DNA from: Paraspadella gotoi
Taxonomy: Eukaryota; Animalia; Chaetognatha
Assembly (NCBI GenBank): GCA_051294375.1
Contig: CM119263.1
Location: forward strand, 16,098,532 to 16,162,531
Direction of reading: 5' to 3'
Length of the DNA stretch: 64,000 bases
Shown: one piece after another, positions 24,601-37,832 of the stretch
Layout of the letters: every line of letters begins with the position of its first letter
Position numbering within the stretch: the first letter of the stretch is position 1
The notes under the pieces: generated by a model
What the model was told of the DNA's origin: nothing
Database searches by the model: none
Seen by the model: only the letters and a program-made list of their open reading frames with translations
Made by a program: the position numbers and the translations under genes

Positions 24601-27600
24601 CCTACTGAGGGAACGCTCCTGATCGCCTGGATCCCAGTAACCATCAACGAAAACGGAATGAACAACGGAAACGTGGTCACGGGTTACGCTATCTATTGCG
24701 ATGGCCGCCAGGTCTATTGAGGGGTTAAGTTTTGCGGTCATTGTTGATATGAATTGTCAGTTAATAAACATTAAAAAGTTTTATTGATAAATTTTAACAA
24801 TCTGTTTTGGAATAATTTAGGTCTACATGACAGAAGGCTTGCAGGACCATGCCATCGTCGAACTGGCACGGTTTTCAGGATTTCAAGGTAAAAGTTTACA
24901 AAAAATTACGATAAGTTGACCTTTTTTATCTTTGTAACTGGATTCAATATCCGATATACTATTTGAGTAATGGTATGGCTTAAACGGTAAACTCCGAGTT
25001 ATTTTTTATAGCTGAAACTGTGATCATCTCCTTTTTTGATGTTTTATCTATGCAGGGGTTTCGTTGGGTGAGTGAAGTTTGATAGAAAAAAAACATAACA
25101 AACTATTTATAACTACACTGTTTTCTTAGTCTTCCTGAGGAGGGCTGATATAACTTCACATTAACGCCAACACAATTCCATTGTCTGACGACTTAATATT
25201 TTAGTTTAATTACAATTACAATAAACAAATACTTAATTTAAAAAATACAATGTGGTCGTTAGTCTATGGATTATCACGCAGTTTTCAAAAGTTAAACAGA
25301 ATATAAGAACTGCAAGTGAGCAGATTCACCAGAAATGTACTGTAGACTGTATCTAAGAAAGTATGAGAAAGAAATAATTTTTTTTTAAATATTTTTTTTC
25401 GAACATTTCATTACCATATTTCAGTGCAACAAAATAGAAATTCAATAAAGCTTAATGAATGAAAATTGCAAGATACTTGTTCTTCGTACTATTTTTAATA
25501 CAGCCACTATATATTAAGATATATTAAAATTTAGTTAATTTTTCTTTTTATATTTTTTAACAAATAAGTATCTTTTTAAGCTTTTATTTTACGTTCGGGA
25601 AGGGGATAATATAAGGACTAAGCTCTGACGATCAAAGCCAGAGTTTTTTTAATATATTCTTATACCGGCCAAGGTAGACATGATGGCAATATTGTTAATA
25701 TTAAGTTTCAAAAAATCCTACCATAAATATAGAATAATATTAACCAAAAGTTACGAAAATTTGACCCCTTCTTTGGAAGATTTTCGCCATAGAAGATTTT
25801 CCCCGATCTGACTCCCGGTTGAAACTCTTAGAATTCCGATTGTTAGCTCCTCTTTTACTTTTACTTTAAATAAAAATTTCACCAAATATGGAACTAATTC
25901 ACTTTCCATGATCGTATCATATCAAAATAACCAAATAAAATGTAAAGAAAAATTTTGAGAGCCCTTCAGACATATGGCTATCGGATTCCTGAATTTGAAG
26001 TTTATTGTAAAATCACAACATATGTTAAATGCGTTGAATTGTATTGAAGTTGAGAAATCCCTTTATTTTATATATAAAAATTTGTGTCAAAAAATATTTT
26101 CCCAAGCAGACCAGTCCATTTGAATCTGATGGTTTTGATGTCAAAATGATGGTTATTTGTCAAGAGAAAAAAAAATGCGAGCCGCTTCAGATGCAACAGG
26201 ATTCGGAATCCGAGTGTTTTTACATCTATTTTTTACCTGAATTTTTCCTAGGAGCGTTGACATTATTTGGTAGTCAGATTTTAACGAAAATCTCCATTGA
26301 AAAAGTCTTCCTCGATTTCTAAGAACGACGTAAGACTCCTAGGATATAACGACCACTTACACTTACTTTTAGGTTTTTATTTTAAAGATTATAAAAACCA
26401 TAAAATTTAAGTTTTTAATTTATTTTTAGTGAGGACACGTTCTAAAGTGCATGGTTGGGAATTCTACACTCGTACAGTTCTTTAATTTTTTGTTTAAAAC
26501 ATTCAGGCTTATGGCATAGATTCAGAAAATGCTTTTTTTCGCTCTTTGTATCATCACGTAATCAGCTGTCACTTTTTAAGAATTAAAATCATACATAGAC
26601 GTATTTTTGCGCGCGATTTTTAACTAACTCTCATTAGGTTAGCTCTTTTTGATGTTGTTTTTAGTCATATACATAATCAGATATTTGCGGTGTGTCAACA
26701 ACAAATTTTACAACAATATTATTCATAACTTTTTTTCTATTTATTACGGACATACTCAAGATAATTTTTTTATAAATTTACTTTTTAGCTGAAAGCTAAC
26801 TACTCGAACTCGCTGCTTGATGTCGGTTTGTTATTTCTTCAGGTTCGCGCCAAGTAACGATACGCACCATGGTGAGGGGCAATCCCCCGCAGAGCGCTGA
26901 CTCCAGACCCACAACTGTACCCTCCCACCTCCTGGGAACATCCGCCTCGGGATTTCTCGGCGGCATCCTCGGAAGTATCACAGGTCCGCTTAGTCCTCTG
27001 CAGGAAAAGCAATAATGAATTTTTTAAATGCAGCGCATATTCATGAAAAAAAATAATTTTCTTTAACCGCAGGGGCAGCACCGGCAACAGCAGCAACAAA
27101 AGTCGCAGAAAAGGCATCGGTATGTTATATTACACAAAGGCATAAAACTTTCATTTTTTGTTAAATTTTACTATCTTAACAATTATGTTTTTGTGATTTT
27201 TCCAACTTTCGTGGCCGCGAACTAGTTTTTCAAAAACGTGTCCTCTGGGATCGGGAGCCTCGGGGGCAACCTTAAAAACCCCCAGGGGATGGCCTCTGGC
27301 CTGGGAGAAGCCCTACAGAACCCCCAGGGGGCCGCTAGTAGCTTTGGGGAAAAGATGAAAAACCCCCAATCTATGGCCTCTGGTCTTGGAGAAAAGCTCA
27401 AAAACCCACAAGAGCTCGGGAAGGGACTGGGAGAGACATTGAAAAAACCCATGGGAACCTCGGCCGATAAAGTATGTAATTTTTTTTTTCTGTTTTGATT
27501 TTTTGCCTCAAATTAATTTAGTCTAAATATATTATTGGTAACCGGTCGAGTATGTTGATTGAGCCCAGACCAAAATTTCTAATGATTTTTACTTAGAGAC

Positions 27601-30600
27601 AAATATGCTGCTGAGAATGAGATAAACATTCAATTACCCCTGCCAAATTTTATTAGCCCCATTTAGCCCATAGAAATAATATTTATTCATTTTCGCATTT
27701 GTAGCTTTACCATTTACGGAGCTTTTGCTTACAATCCTTCAAACCATTTTTGAAAATAATCTTAGGATTTTGATTTGCTGAAAACCTATTTTTAAAAATG
27801 AAAGCTATAACATTTTCATTTTAATATTTTTCACCAATATGACGATATATTTTTTTACTTCTCCGCAAGCTTTCTGACCAGTTTGCTCCTTCCCCCCCCC
27901 CATTTTTTGCCTGCACCCCACCCCTGTCGTATTTTGGAATTCAAAATCGAATCCAAATCACTCTGTTAATTTTCCCAAACCTGCTCCAAACCATGCGTCT
28001 TCCCAACGTCAAAACGCACCCCAATTTACACCGTGAAACATCATATAACCACCACTGAAAACCATCAATGGATACTCCCCCCTTCCTCCCGTCTCACAGT
28101 CATTTGGGTTCGGAAAGCTGTTTGGCTTCGGAGGCGCTCAACCTCCGACGAGCGGCGCGCCTGGAGCGACCTCAGCCGGTGGCCTTTTGGGTCGAAGCGT
28201 CGGGGGCATTGCCAGTGGAATATCCGGGGGCGTGGCAGGCACCATGGGAGGCATCGGCGGAGCCGTCGGTGGAGCCATGGGCAGTGCCATGGGACGGGGA
28301 CAACAACAACAACAACAGCAGCAGCAACAACAGCAACCCGGAATGCCCCCTGGACAGCAGGGACGCATGCAGCAAGTGAGGAGAAATTCGCGATTTGGCA
28401 CTTGCTTTTTTTGTTGTTGTTGTTGTTTCCTTCTCTTTTGTACCGGCACAACAAACTAAATATTATTTAGCATTTTAAGATAAATATAATTCTATTATTT
28501 ATGAAAGAAGGAAAGAAGAAATGATTTATTAATTACTAATAAATAGCAATAGGAATTTGTTTCGTCAAAACTTAACATTTTTTATCAAATTGTATAAAAA
28601 AAAAACTTTTATTCTTTGTCGATGTATTGTTAAATTACTTTCTGTTTAAGCCATACTAACGCATGCCCGCGTTCAGGGTGGGATGTACGGGAATGGCCCG
28701 ATGGCGGGCGGACCCAACGATATCCGACCGCCGGTACCAGGTGCCGGCGCGGCGCAAGTGCAGGGTGACAACATCGATGCCGCTTTTGCTCAGCATGGAG
28801 CAGGGCAGCAGGTACGCCGACAATATAAGGTAGGGAGGTTGGAATCGGCGATTTTAAGGTCATTAATTTTATTATTCTCTCCCCGTCCCTTGCAGGGGTA
28901 TGCTAATGGAGGAGCTGCCTATCCTCCCTTACATCAAGCTCATCCAGCAGACGACATGCAACGCTTTGGCCGTGGTCAGCCTCTCCAACCTCCCCAGCCT
29001 TCGGGCCCCGGGCTCGGCCCCCCTAAACCCGGGGGGCTTCAAGGGCCTAGGACCCCAAATCGAGATCATCCTCCGTCTAGCCCTTTCTCTCAATCAAGCG
29101 TCGACGACTTTAGGTATCCTATTTGACGTTTTGTTTGTCGAAATGATTGAGACGCGGCAAAACTTTAATGAAGAGTGGATCATTTTTAAAATCTTCTAAT
29201 CTCTTAACCTTCTTTCCCCGCAGAAAATACCCAGATGAGTTCGACGGGATTCGGGCGTCGGGCGACGACCTTCACCACCCCCACGGGGGGTTTCCCCCAC
29301 AGCCCCAGGGCGCCGCGCCTCCGCGGCCACAACCCCAGGGAGCATCGTTAGGGGCCGGCGAGGGTCCGTTGTCCGGACAACCGATGGGGGGCCAGCGAGG
29401 GGACCCTCGTCTCAAGGGGGCAGGGGGAATTCCACAAATAGAAATCACGAATGACGGACATGAAACGCTCGGGAGCGGGGCACCGGGTGTGGGCATGAAC
29501 GGGGGCGTGGCAAGGGTCCCGCCCATCGATGGAGAATACGCTTATCAAAATGGAGGTTGGTTGATTATTTTATGAAGTTTTTATGCGAGATGAAATAAGT
29601 ACATTCGCTCATGCGTTATACATGAAACGGGTATTTACTGTCTTTTTTTTTTCAGATGCCCACCTCGGTAGTCTGGGACAAACATCATCAGGTAAGGCTA
29701 GCTTAGTGACGATATTTGTCCGAATATTTTATTCTTGCATATAGTTAAATAGTTTTGGTTGATGTTTTTACCTACGTTATTCAGGCATGCCTGCTACCAA
29801 CCAAAGGAACGGCTACTATGACCAAAGACCTCCTGGATTCCGGAGCAGGTGAATGGTGGCAAAAGTTTTTTGCTTAATGCTAAAAAATAACGCACATACA
29901 AGGGTAACGACCTCAAAAAAATGGCGACAGCACCCATACAACTTATCCATTTGTCATATAGATTTTATTAGTTAGAAAAGTCCTGACAATTTTTTTTGTG
30001 CTCGACATGGTCACTTTATATATTACAGTGAATAGCAATGAGTAAAGTTCAAATCAGGAAACCAAAACCTCAGGGAATTCAAAAATCAGAAAACTTGAAA
30101 AAGCGATTTGAACTTTGTCTTGCTAGGGGGGGAAAAAACACATTGATTGTGCAATAGGAGAAGGGTACTCAAAAAAGTTTTCATTACTTGTGATTGTTTT
30201 GCCATGTTAATGAAAATTGTATTCAAATTGGTTACTGAGCTATTAAAATTCTTTTGAGATCGGTACCGGTGGATCTCCTTTTTATAAAATATTTTTTTAT
30301 AAAATAAAAAAAAAAACTCTTATGACCCAAATTAACAACCGATACTTTTTCTCCCTTCGGTCTGCCCCCTTTATCTCAGAACGGGAAGCAGAAGTGGGAA
30401 AGACGGGAAGCCCCACCGCGAATTTTCGCCCAGGCGCGGAGATAGACAAGGACCCGGAAGAAGTGCATCCAGTTATAGAATGGATAATCACCTCAGTAAC
30501 CATGGAGGAGGAGGATCCTATGAGGTAAATTCATTAATTAGTACATAATTTAAGTGACTAACTTATTGATCGATTGGTACATTAAGCGATTTGATCGATT

Positions 30601-31112
30601 TGACCGTTTTGTTTTATCATTTGATTGATTGAATTCTCAGGAGGAGCTCTACCCGCCCGACACGGTGAGGGTGTTCGTGGCCCTGTTCGACTACGATCCT
30701 TACACCATGAGTCCCAATCCGGACGCCGTGCATGAAGAGCTCGCCTTCAAGGTCAACAACAAAATTTTCACAGTGAATATGGAAAAAGATCGATATGATT
30801 ATTCGCTAGATCAATTAATGATAAATCGTTTTTTTCTTCAACTCTTCAAGGAGGGCGAATACATCAAAGTTTTCGGTGACAAGGACGCAGACGGGTTTTT
30901 CCGCGGGGAGTCAACGACGACCGGACGTCACGGCCTCATTCCATGCAACATGGTGTCAGAAGTGGAAGACGCAGACGTCGCCAACCAAATCCTACAGGGA
31001 TCCCACCCCTCCCAGGTGGCGCAGAGTTACGAGGGTTAAAGAGCCAAGGCCCGAGAGAATTAAAATGAATGAATGAATGAATGAATGAATGAATGAAAGA
31101 AAGAAAGAAAAA

Positions 31113-31179
<67 letters not shown>

Positions 31180-32450
31180 GAAGGAAGGAAGGAAGGAAGG
31201 AAGGATCAAATATTATTTTCTTCCTTATGATGCGCGACTCTGATTGGCTGGAAAGTGTGACCGTGAGTGACGCGTCACAAAATATCTTCCTTCCATTGTG
31301 ACCGGTCACACCAAATCTCTTCTCGATCGATAGGTCGGCGGCCCCGGGACAACGTCTTCCTCATACGCCGGAGGGCGTCATCACGATTCGAGGATGACCT
31401 CAGGAGGAAGAAGACATCACCCTGGAGGAGGAGGGGGACGCGGGAGGAAATGGCACCACGGTGAGGAGATGGTGGAGATGGACCGACGGATTGACCGACT
31501 TATGGGAACGTGAGATAGAAAAAAAAAAGAAGAAAGAACGTGAAGATTGAGTACAATTTGGACTTGGACTTGTTTCCTTTTGATCCGGATTATTTGAATT
31601 TCCCAAAATAGGTATTGTATTTTTTTTCTTTGTTTTCCCAGATGCTGTGGACCGACAGAGGCCTTTCGGGACGGGAGGGAGAGGAAACCCCGGCAAGAAA
31701 GTCAGAAAAATGGTGGCGCTCTACGATTACGATCCTCAAGAATTATCTCCAAATGTGGATGCTGAGGTCAACTCCAAATTAATTTTTGTTTTCTTTCTGA
31801 AGTGGTTTAAAAAATGGGCAGATTTTAATCGCTAAGTCTTCGGCGAATAGTTTTTTACGCGTGGTTTTGTACCGACAGGTGCCCCCTATTTCCTCTCGGT
31901 CAGGAAGCAAGTCTTCGTATCAGTAATTCACGATTTCACAGCCATTTTCACTAATATGAATAATCCTCTGTTGCAGGCTGAATTGTCATTCCGGACTGGA
32001 GACATACTTCATGTCTTCGGGGAAATGGACGAGGACGGATTTTTTTTGGGCGAACTTCACGGGAACAAGGGGCTCGTACCATCGAACTTTCTCCAAGTGA
32101 GATCGTCGTCATGATGCTATTTGGGGTTGTTGTTGTTTGTCCTGCGATTGAAGAATAATTCCAAGCACTTTTAATCTCGATCTCATATGACGAATTCGGG
32201 ATTAATTCTTTCAACTCAATTTAAAAAAAAAAACCATGAATTCAGTTACAGAAATTCAGTGATATGACGTCAATTTGTATCCGAAGTTGAATTTTATTGA
32301 CGAAGCGCGCATTCTCGTTCGCAGGAGATGTCGCAGCCCGGTAGCGGCCCCATCGGGGGTCGATCAGGCATAGGCGGAGGTTCTTCCTCTGGTTTGCCGG
32401 GAGGTCAGGGTCAGCCGATGGACTCTTTGATACCAGGTGAAGATCGTTGA
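11448..32450 (+). CDS. RIMBP2: RIMS-binding protein (RIM-BP/RIMBP2-like), multi-exon; 5' end unresolved
   Basis: SH3-1 exons at 19969-20091 (YNYDPFRFSPNENPEAEL) and 20256-20393 (DGFFDGETMDGRRGLVPSNF). Three FN3 domains at ~22879-26982 (GPPEPPTNITVTAGPTEGTLLIAW). SH3-2 at 30641-31033 (FVALFDYDPYTMSPNPDA). SH3-3 at 31642-32096 (MVALYDYDPQELSPNVDAE...GLVPSNFLQ). Last exon 32325-32450, with AATAAA at ~32578. Upstream exons (to 11843, 12767-12965, 13119-13223, 18365 onward) join in phase but are less certain. Confidence 0.93.
14370..15128 (+). CDS. Unassigned 252-aa ORF inside a RIM-BP intron (possible alternative terminal exon)
   Basis: Long open frame with exon-like GC content and codon style. 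No recognisable domain and no clear ATG start. Confidence 0.4.
   Translation: MAEENFDLSFLPTPRPPVPGFWSAGNVSGVVTGSQGVAASFPGEEAPFKVDEAIRLPCAFRPPAAATVVTSVFREATPTFPWQRAPSWQRRLALLTDRLAPTGQSFDDGFESSTNSLRESAALMTKEDETVQRSVDAVDPSIVSGAANHRLVDPPGQDCHARAVANFDPQTLTRDVDSNGVSYKTGVLNLPAKFDQFGFAVRNEDDQRHLPSFKDMRENFDDATASASLIPAQAANVVESGLEKYDGNEFFI
15778..16067. other. Assembly gap (N run); smaller gaps at ~1467, ~11267, ~19623 and ~49151
   Basis: Runs of n. Confidence 0.99.
17731..18101. other. GC-balanced, hairpin-rich intronic island; possible solo LTR (17818-18101) or structured ncRNA
   Basis: TGTAACTCC (17818) and GGAGTTATA (18093-18101) form a TG...TA inverted pair. Serial hairpins lie between. No clean TSD. 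Confidence 0.4.
21150..22793 (+). CDS. 1.64-kb Q/P/G-rich exon of RIM-BP with a (QPLQPGQ)n heptad array
   Basis: Open frame with AG/GT boundaries. 21-bp repeat units with synonymous variation at ~21305-22115. Confidence 0.85.
27226..27471 (+). CDS. Symmetric (phase 0-0) RIM-BP exon with 14-aa repeats (GLGEKLKNPQGMAS)
   Basis: 246 nt, AG/GT boundaries, in frame with both neighbouring exons, about five 42-bp units. Confidence 0.75.
31065..31205 (+). repeat. Compound (AATG)n(AAAG)n(AAGG)n microsatellite
   Basis: Direct reading. Similar (TTTC)n at ~36995-37075 and many (CT)n tracts at 1.5-1.8, 7.2, 9.3, 11.0-11.3, 12.6 and 51.7 kb. Confidence 0.9.
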
Positions 32451-32772
32451 TCAGTTGAGCAGAAATATTGCGATGATAATTTAAGACCGACTCTTTAGAG
32501 ATTGATGTTCTTATTAACTCACTTCGTACTGCCGCAGAAGCGCTGTTAAATATAAGAACTTGTACAATGTACAATTTAATAAATCGTAATTTAGAAAGGT
32601 TGTTCTCTTGTTTTTAACTGCGCCGCGAGTACTCGATGAGCAACTATTTAAGTAGCCATAGCCGATGAAATTTAAATGCAAATGTATACACTATACAGCG
32701 TTAAAATAATTTATCATGAGCAATTGAGCATAGATTATAGTATTAAAATTAATTAAAATTATTATATTACTA

Positions 32773-33480
32773 CCCCGTGTCCGTTCGCGAGTGACACCAA
32801 AAAAATCTTTACTATGCTTTAAATATTTAATAAACTATTTGACGTTTTTTATGTATAAGTTTCATTTCGTGTTTAATTTATTTACTATTCTTTGTTTAAT
32901 TTTTTATCTAACACAGTAAAATTGACAAAAAAGACCATTTTAGTCGTGTTCTTGATTGAATTTTAAAGAAATTTTATATCATAAGAAATCCCTATTAATG
33001 CTCTAATCAATGGCGTATCTGAATTATCGTAATGTTGAGTAATTTTTGAGTAATGATTTTTTATTTATTTTTTTAATTGTAAATCTTTTTTTATACAATT
33101 CGTCCAATTAGAAAAAATGCTGTCCTGAGTATGTTCTTGACTGTTTTAAGTTTTAAATAATTATTTTATATCGTAAGGATTCCCAGATAGTTCTTAATTT
33201 ATTGGTGTAAATGAATTTTAATAATTTTAAGTATTTAATGAGTAATTAATTTATAATGATTTTCTTTTTTAAAAAGATTCAGTTTTTTACTGAAGATGAA
33301 AATGGATGACCATTAAAGAAAAGTTGTTTTACATAAGTAAATATCAAATTAATCTTAAGAAATTAAAATATAATAAGCGTCCAGTACTTTGCTACAGAAT
33401 GAAAAAAAAATTAAAAAAAATATTTATCCAATGAGAAATGGTACACATTTTTTTGGTGTCACTTGCGAACGGACACGGGG
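32773..33480. mobile_element. Tc1/mariner-type MITE
   Basis: 34-bp TIRs CCCCGTGTCCGTTCGCRAGTGACACCAAAAAAAT (1 mismatch), TA on both flanks, AT-rich non-coding interior. Confidence 0.9.
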
Positions 33481-35688
33481 TATATAGAAAAAAAATTTTG
33501 AAATATTGAAATTTTTTGATGAATTCAGATAGAAAAAAATTTAAAAAAAATCTAATTACAGCTTTTAAAAATTCTTATAGTTTTTCAGTAAAAATTTTTA
33601 AAAACTGATAAAATCAACGAAAGATGATGATTTTTTACGTTTTTTCTTATTTTTCACCTACTTATCATTAAAAAAAAAAAATTATACTTCGTGTAGACAA
33701 CTTTTTATGAGCTATCTAAATTTCTCAAAATAATTTCTGTAAATAAGGGGCCATAAGGGTATAGAGCCATATAAGAATTTTTTTGTTCTTTGAAAGTATA
33801 CTTAAAAATGTAAAAATTTTCGTTTGAGCATGTACTCGCTCTAAATTTTGACTCGCCCCATTGAGTGCGGCTACCCCTTCGGTTCGTCGGTCGGTAGGTC
33901 TGTCCCACTTACGGTATAATTGTATATAATTCGCCTATAGTCACTTGGTCATTTGTTCAGACAGGAAAAAACCTCAAATTTAAGGGACTGCTAGCGCCAC
34001 CTTCAGGAAATCATAAAACTATAAAGAACAAAAGACGTATTCCTATGCAGTTTGTGTCATAAATACATGGGCTAAAAAGTTATTGTAGTTATGTAGTCAC
34101 GTCTCGTCACGTCATGTCATGTCATGTCACGAGAAATACATGTGATAAGGCAGTCACTGCGGCGCAACACATGAATTACCTTTCTTGTTTGCAACACATG
34201 AATTACCGTTCTTGTTTGCTTACATTAGGCAGTCGGTGAGAACGGAACATCGATACTCTCTCGGAAAATTATAATTAGACATATTAACAACGAAAGAATG
34301 GCATAGCCATGCCATACCCTCAAAATAAAAATGTAACGAGAAATATTTTTTACACTTTAAGAATATGCAACCAACGATGAAACCGGTGACATTAACTGTA
34401 AGTGAAATTAAGTTCCCGTTTCGCTTTTCGCCTTGGGCACAAAAAAAAATCATTGCTTGAAGCTGTCGAAATGGCTCACACCAGCTTTTTTTTCTTATTC
34501 CACAGCCGATTACTATTGATGTTTTATCAGCTATTTAAGTAAGTGTAGCAGTACAGCAGATTCACGAACATTCACCATACCTTTTATTGTCTATAAACCC
34601 ATTAGATTACTAAAATTACATTTATATATGTTCGTATATTCTCGATATCGATCCATGTGATTTGGTGAATGGTTCTGATTAACATAAGGCTAAACATGTA
34701 ATATATAATAATATTAAAATGTAAAATATTATGAAATAAGAACATTGCTCAGAAAATATAATTTTGCATTTACCGAATTCTATAGCAATACATTACGTCA
34801 AATAACTGCCAAAACAATTTCCTCTATAGACTTCATTCGTTGATGAATGACAAATTTAGCATGAATTACATTAAAACGAAGCTAAGCTCTGGAGCGAAAG
34901 AATTTTTCTTTCCGAAACTCGTGCATTTTCATTATTTTGATATAAATGCATGGCATTGAGCCTTCATGCTAAGCATGTTAAATTTAATTCAGCTAAAATT
35001 TTTTTATGGATTCGCTCTTATGAAAAAAAAAAGCTTTAAAACGGGAGTTTTTATAATTTAATATTTAATTTTTTTCTTCTCACTTTTCAGTGTATAAATT
35101 GTCTAGAGTATTCGAGGACTATCTATTTCGATTTTAGTGTTCCAATTTTTCAGTCTGTACATCCACTTTAGTTTTTCTAACGATAGCGACCATAGTTTAA
35201 AAAAAACTTTCTCTCGTTTTGTTGTAAATGTTTATCTTTACAGTTTCACGTTTTGGTTTCTCTTTTTTTTCCATTACAACTATCTCGCTTTCATCAAAGA
35301 TCATTTTATATTTTACGATAAAACTAAATGGTCTCTATCGTATCTTGTTCGTAGCATAATTCCTACATTTAATGGCGACGCCGTGTGGCTGAACAAAATG
35401 AATTTTAAAAAAAATTAAACAAAAATGAGAACCAAAAAAAAAAAAAAAAAACAACGCGACGAAAGCATGCGTGTTCCATCAGTAATATTTTTTTTCCAAT
35501 AACCTTTTTTTTTAACAAATTGAAAATTTTTTTTTCACTTTTTTTCCTAAAAAAATCGGGATGTGAAAGATAAAAGATTTCGCCAGCGTTTTTTCCCGCC
35601 TTTTTTTCTTTCACGCTCCTCTCCTCCCCCACCCTCTAAACCCTCTTTCCCCCACCTCATCACCCCCCCCTCCCCCCGCCGTAAAAAG

Positions 35689-36170
35689 GGAATCCCAAAA
35701 CGACGACCTGGAGGATGCGGCTTCGCAGTCGAGCTCGCGGGGGAGCTTCAGCGGACCGGAGCATTCCCTCGCGACGGGCGGGCGAATGGCGGGAAGAGGA
35801 GGGGGAGAGTCACAGGTGGGCTCGGACATGGAATATGACGGGATCATTGGGCGCAGCCATGCTTGTCACTTTTATTTTTATGCTTGTTGATTTTTGGGGG
35901 GGGTGTTTGTTTGATAAAGTGTTATTTTGGTTTTTTTTTTTATCAATTAACTTAATACTTTTTTAAAATAAAGAACATCTTTAGTTTAGCAGTTTTTTTT
36001 ATTACTTTCTGTTGTCAATTTTAACCTTAATTTGTTAAGATAAAACGATTTTCTTTACTTGTGATTTTTTGTTTCATCTTTTGTTTATTTATTTTTCTAC
36101 TTAGGTGCCAACACGCGGAGTAGGCGGAAACCAAAGACGCGAGCGTCGAATGTCGACAAGTCGCTATTAA
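35689..36170 (+). CDS. Two candidate exons (35689-35815, 36105-36170), possibly an alternative RIM-BP 3' end
   Basis: GC-rich blocks with AG/GT edges splice to ESQNDDLEDAASQSSSRGSFSGPE...GESQ|VPTRGVGGNQRRERRMSTSRY*. The upstream join was not resolved. Confidence 0.4.
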
Positions 36171-36996
36171 AAAAAAACAAAAGACACCCAATCCGTCGTC
36201 GGAGATTTCTTTATCGCCGGACGGGCGAAGAAAAAAAAATCGTTGAAAACAAACAATTCCGGCGGAATTGACGTCTCGACGACCGGAGTCGGAATTTATT
36301 TCATCGACAAAAAACAATTTTGACGCCTGGCAACTTTTTCTCATTCGCAATTCGACTTGTCAAAAAACTCGCATCGCAGTCCGGGAAATCTGGACGAAGA
36401 TCGCACGATTAACGCCTGTTTTTATTACTTCGTTTTTTAATCTTTCCGGACCGCCCATTTGTGACAAATACTTTCGGAAAACTTCCCTTTCATCCACTCC
36501 CGCTTTAATATACAATTTTATCGGAAATTATGAAAAAAAAATCTATTTTTCATTTTTGCGTGAAGTTGTTACGTTTCCCCAATTTGTGCAAATTTGTGTT
36601 TTAACATTTTTAATTAGGGAACCAGTCGAAAATATTCTCTTTTTTTTTTAAATCTGAACTCTGTTTTGCGTCTTCACCCTTACGATTCGTGCGTTGTGAT
36701 TTGTAAAGCCGTCTCCCGAAACTCGATGTCCAAATATGGCGAGTCTCGCTTGCGAATCCGCCCACCGACCTCCGCTAACAAGCGGTCTCTTTTTATTTGC
36801 CCGTGACTTCTCTTCTCATTTCCTCCGCGCTGCCGTCAGTAATGCTTTTTTATCCTTTTATATTTCTTATTGTGTGAGCGTGAAACTGAAAATTCACACG
36901 TCGTTTACGCCCTACTAGTCTTTCTCAAACCTTTTTGAAAGAAGCAAAAGAAATTGTCATTGTAAAGGTATTTCTCTCTCGCTTTTTGTCTTTCTG

Positions 36997-37072
<76 letters not shown>

Positions 37073-37704
37073 TTTTTCTTTTCTTCACTTTCTTTCTTTC
37101 TCTCTTTATTTCTTTATTTTTACTCTTGTCTTTCTTTCTCTCTTTCTTTCTCATTTTTCCTTCAGTCTTGAATTCCTTATCTCTTAATTTTCCTTTCACT
37201 TTTTCTTTCTTTCTCTTCCTTTCCATTTTTATCTATTTTCTCTTTCTCTCCTTTTTCTCTTTCCACGACGAGCTGCAGTATTCCTTGATGCGAGATAAGT
37301 TGGTGCTACATTCTCCACGAATATATATATATATATATATAAATATATAAAGAATACTACCTTGTTTCGAATCCACATTGCCTAAAAAAGAGTGCGACTC
37401 TGGTCCCCGCCAGTCTCCACGGTCTTCCGTTATTGCACCTTAAGAAGTTGTCGAGTGTAAACAAATAAAATAGACAATCGATATAGTTTTTTTAACCATA
37501 TTGGCTTTACGGAGTGTATGCTATATTTTTTCACAGCATCCTATTCGAAAATAAAAACAAATCTCGCCTCAACAGTCAAACCCAAAATCGGTTCAGTGCC
37601 GATTCGTTCGATTTGATACGAATCGCTCTTTCCCTTTAACCCTCAATGTGATCGTGACAGACCTCTCCCGCCCCCCTGTTTTCGTCGTTCACTCTTTTCT
37701 TAGC

Positions 37705-37832
37705 CCCAGGGTTAAACCTTTAACGTTTTTTATAATATTTATATACACTTTTAGAGAGAAATTTGAGAAATTTTTAAAATCCTACTTTTAATTGGACGGA
37801 ATAAAATTCTCTTTTTAGAAATTAACCCTGGG
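37705..37832. repeat. Small foldback/MITE-like element
   Basis: CCCAGGGTTAA (37705-37715) and TTAACCCTGGG (37822-37832) form a perfect 11-bp inverted repeat. No TSD seen. Confidence 0.4.

Noticed and set aside
34163-34219. 27-bp tandem duplication
   Set aside because: Two-copy local slippage with no further structure.
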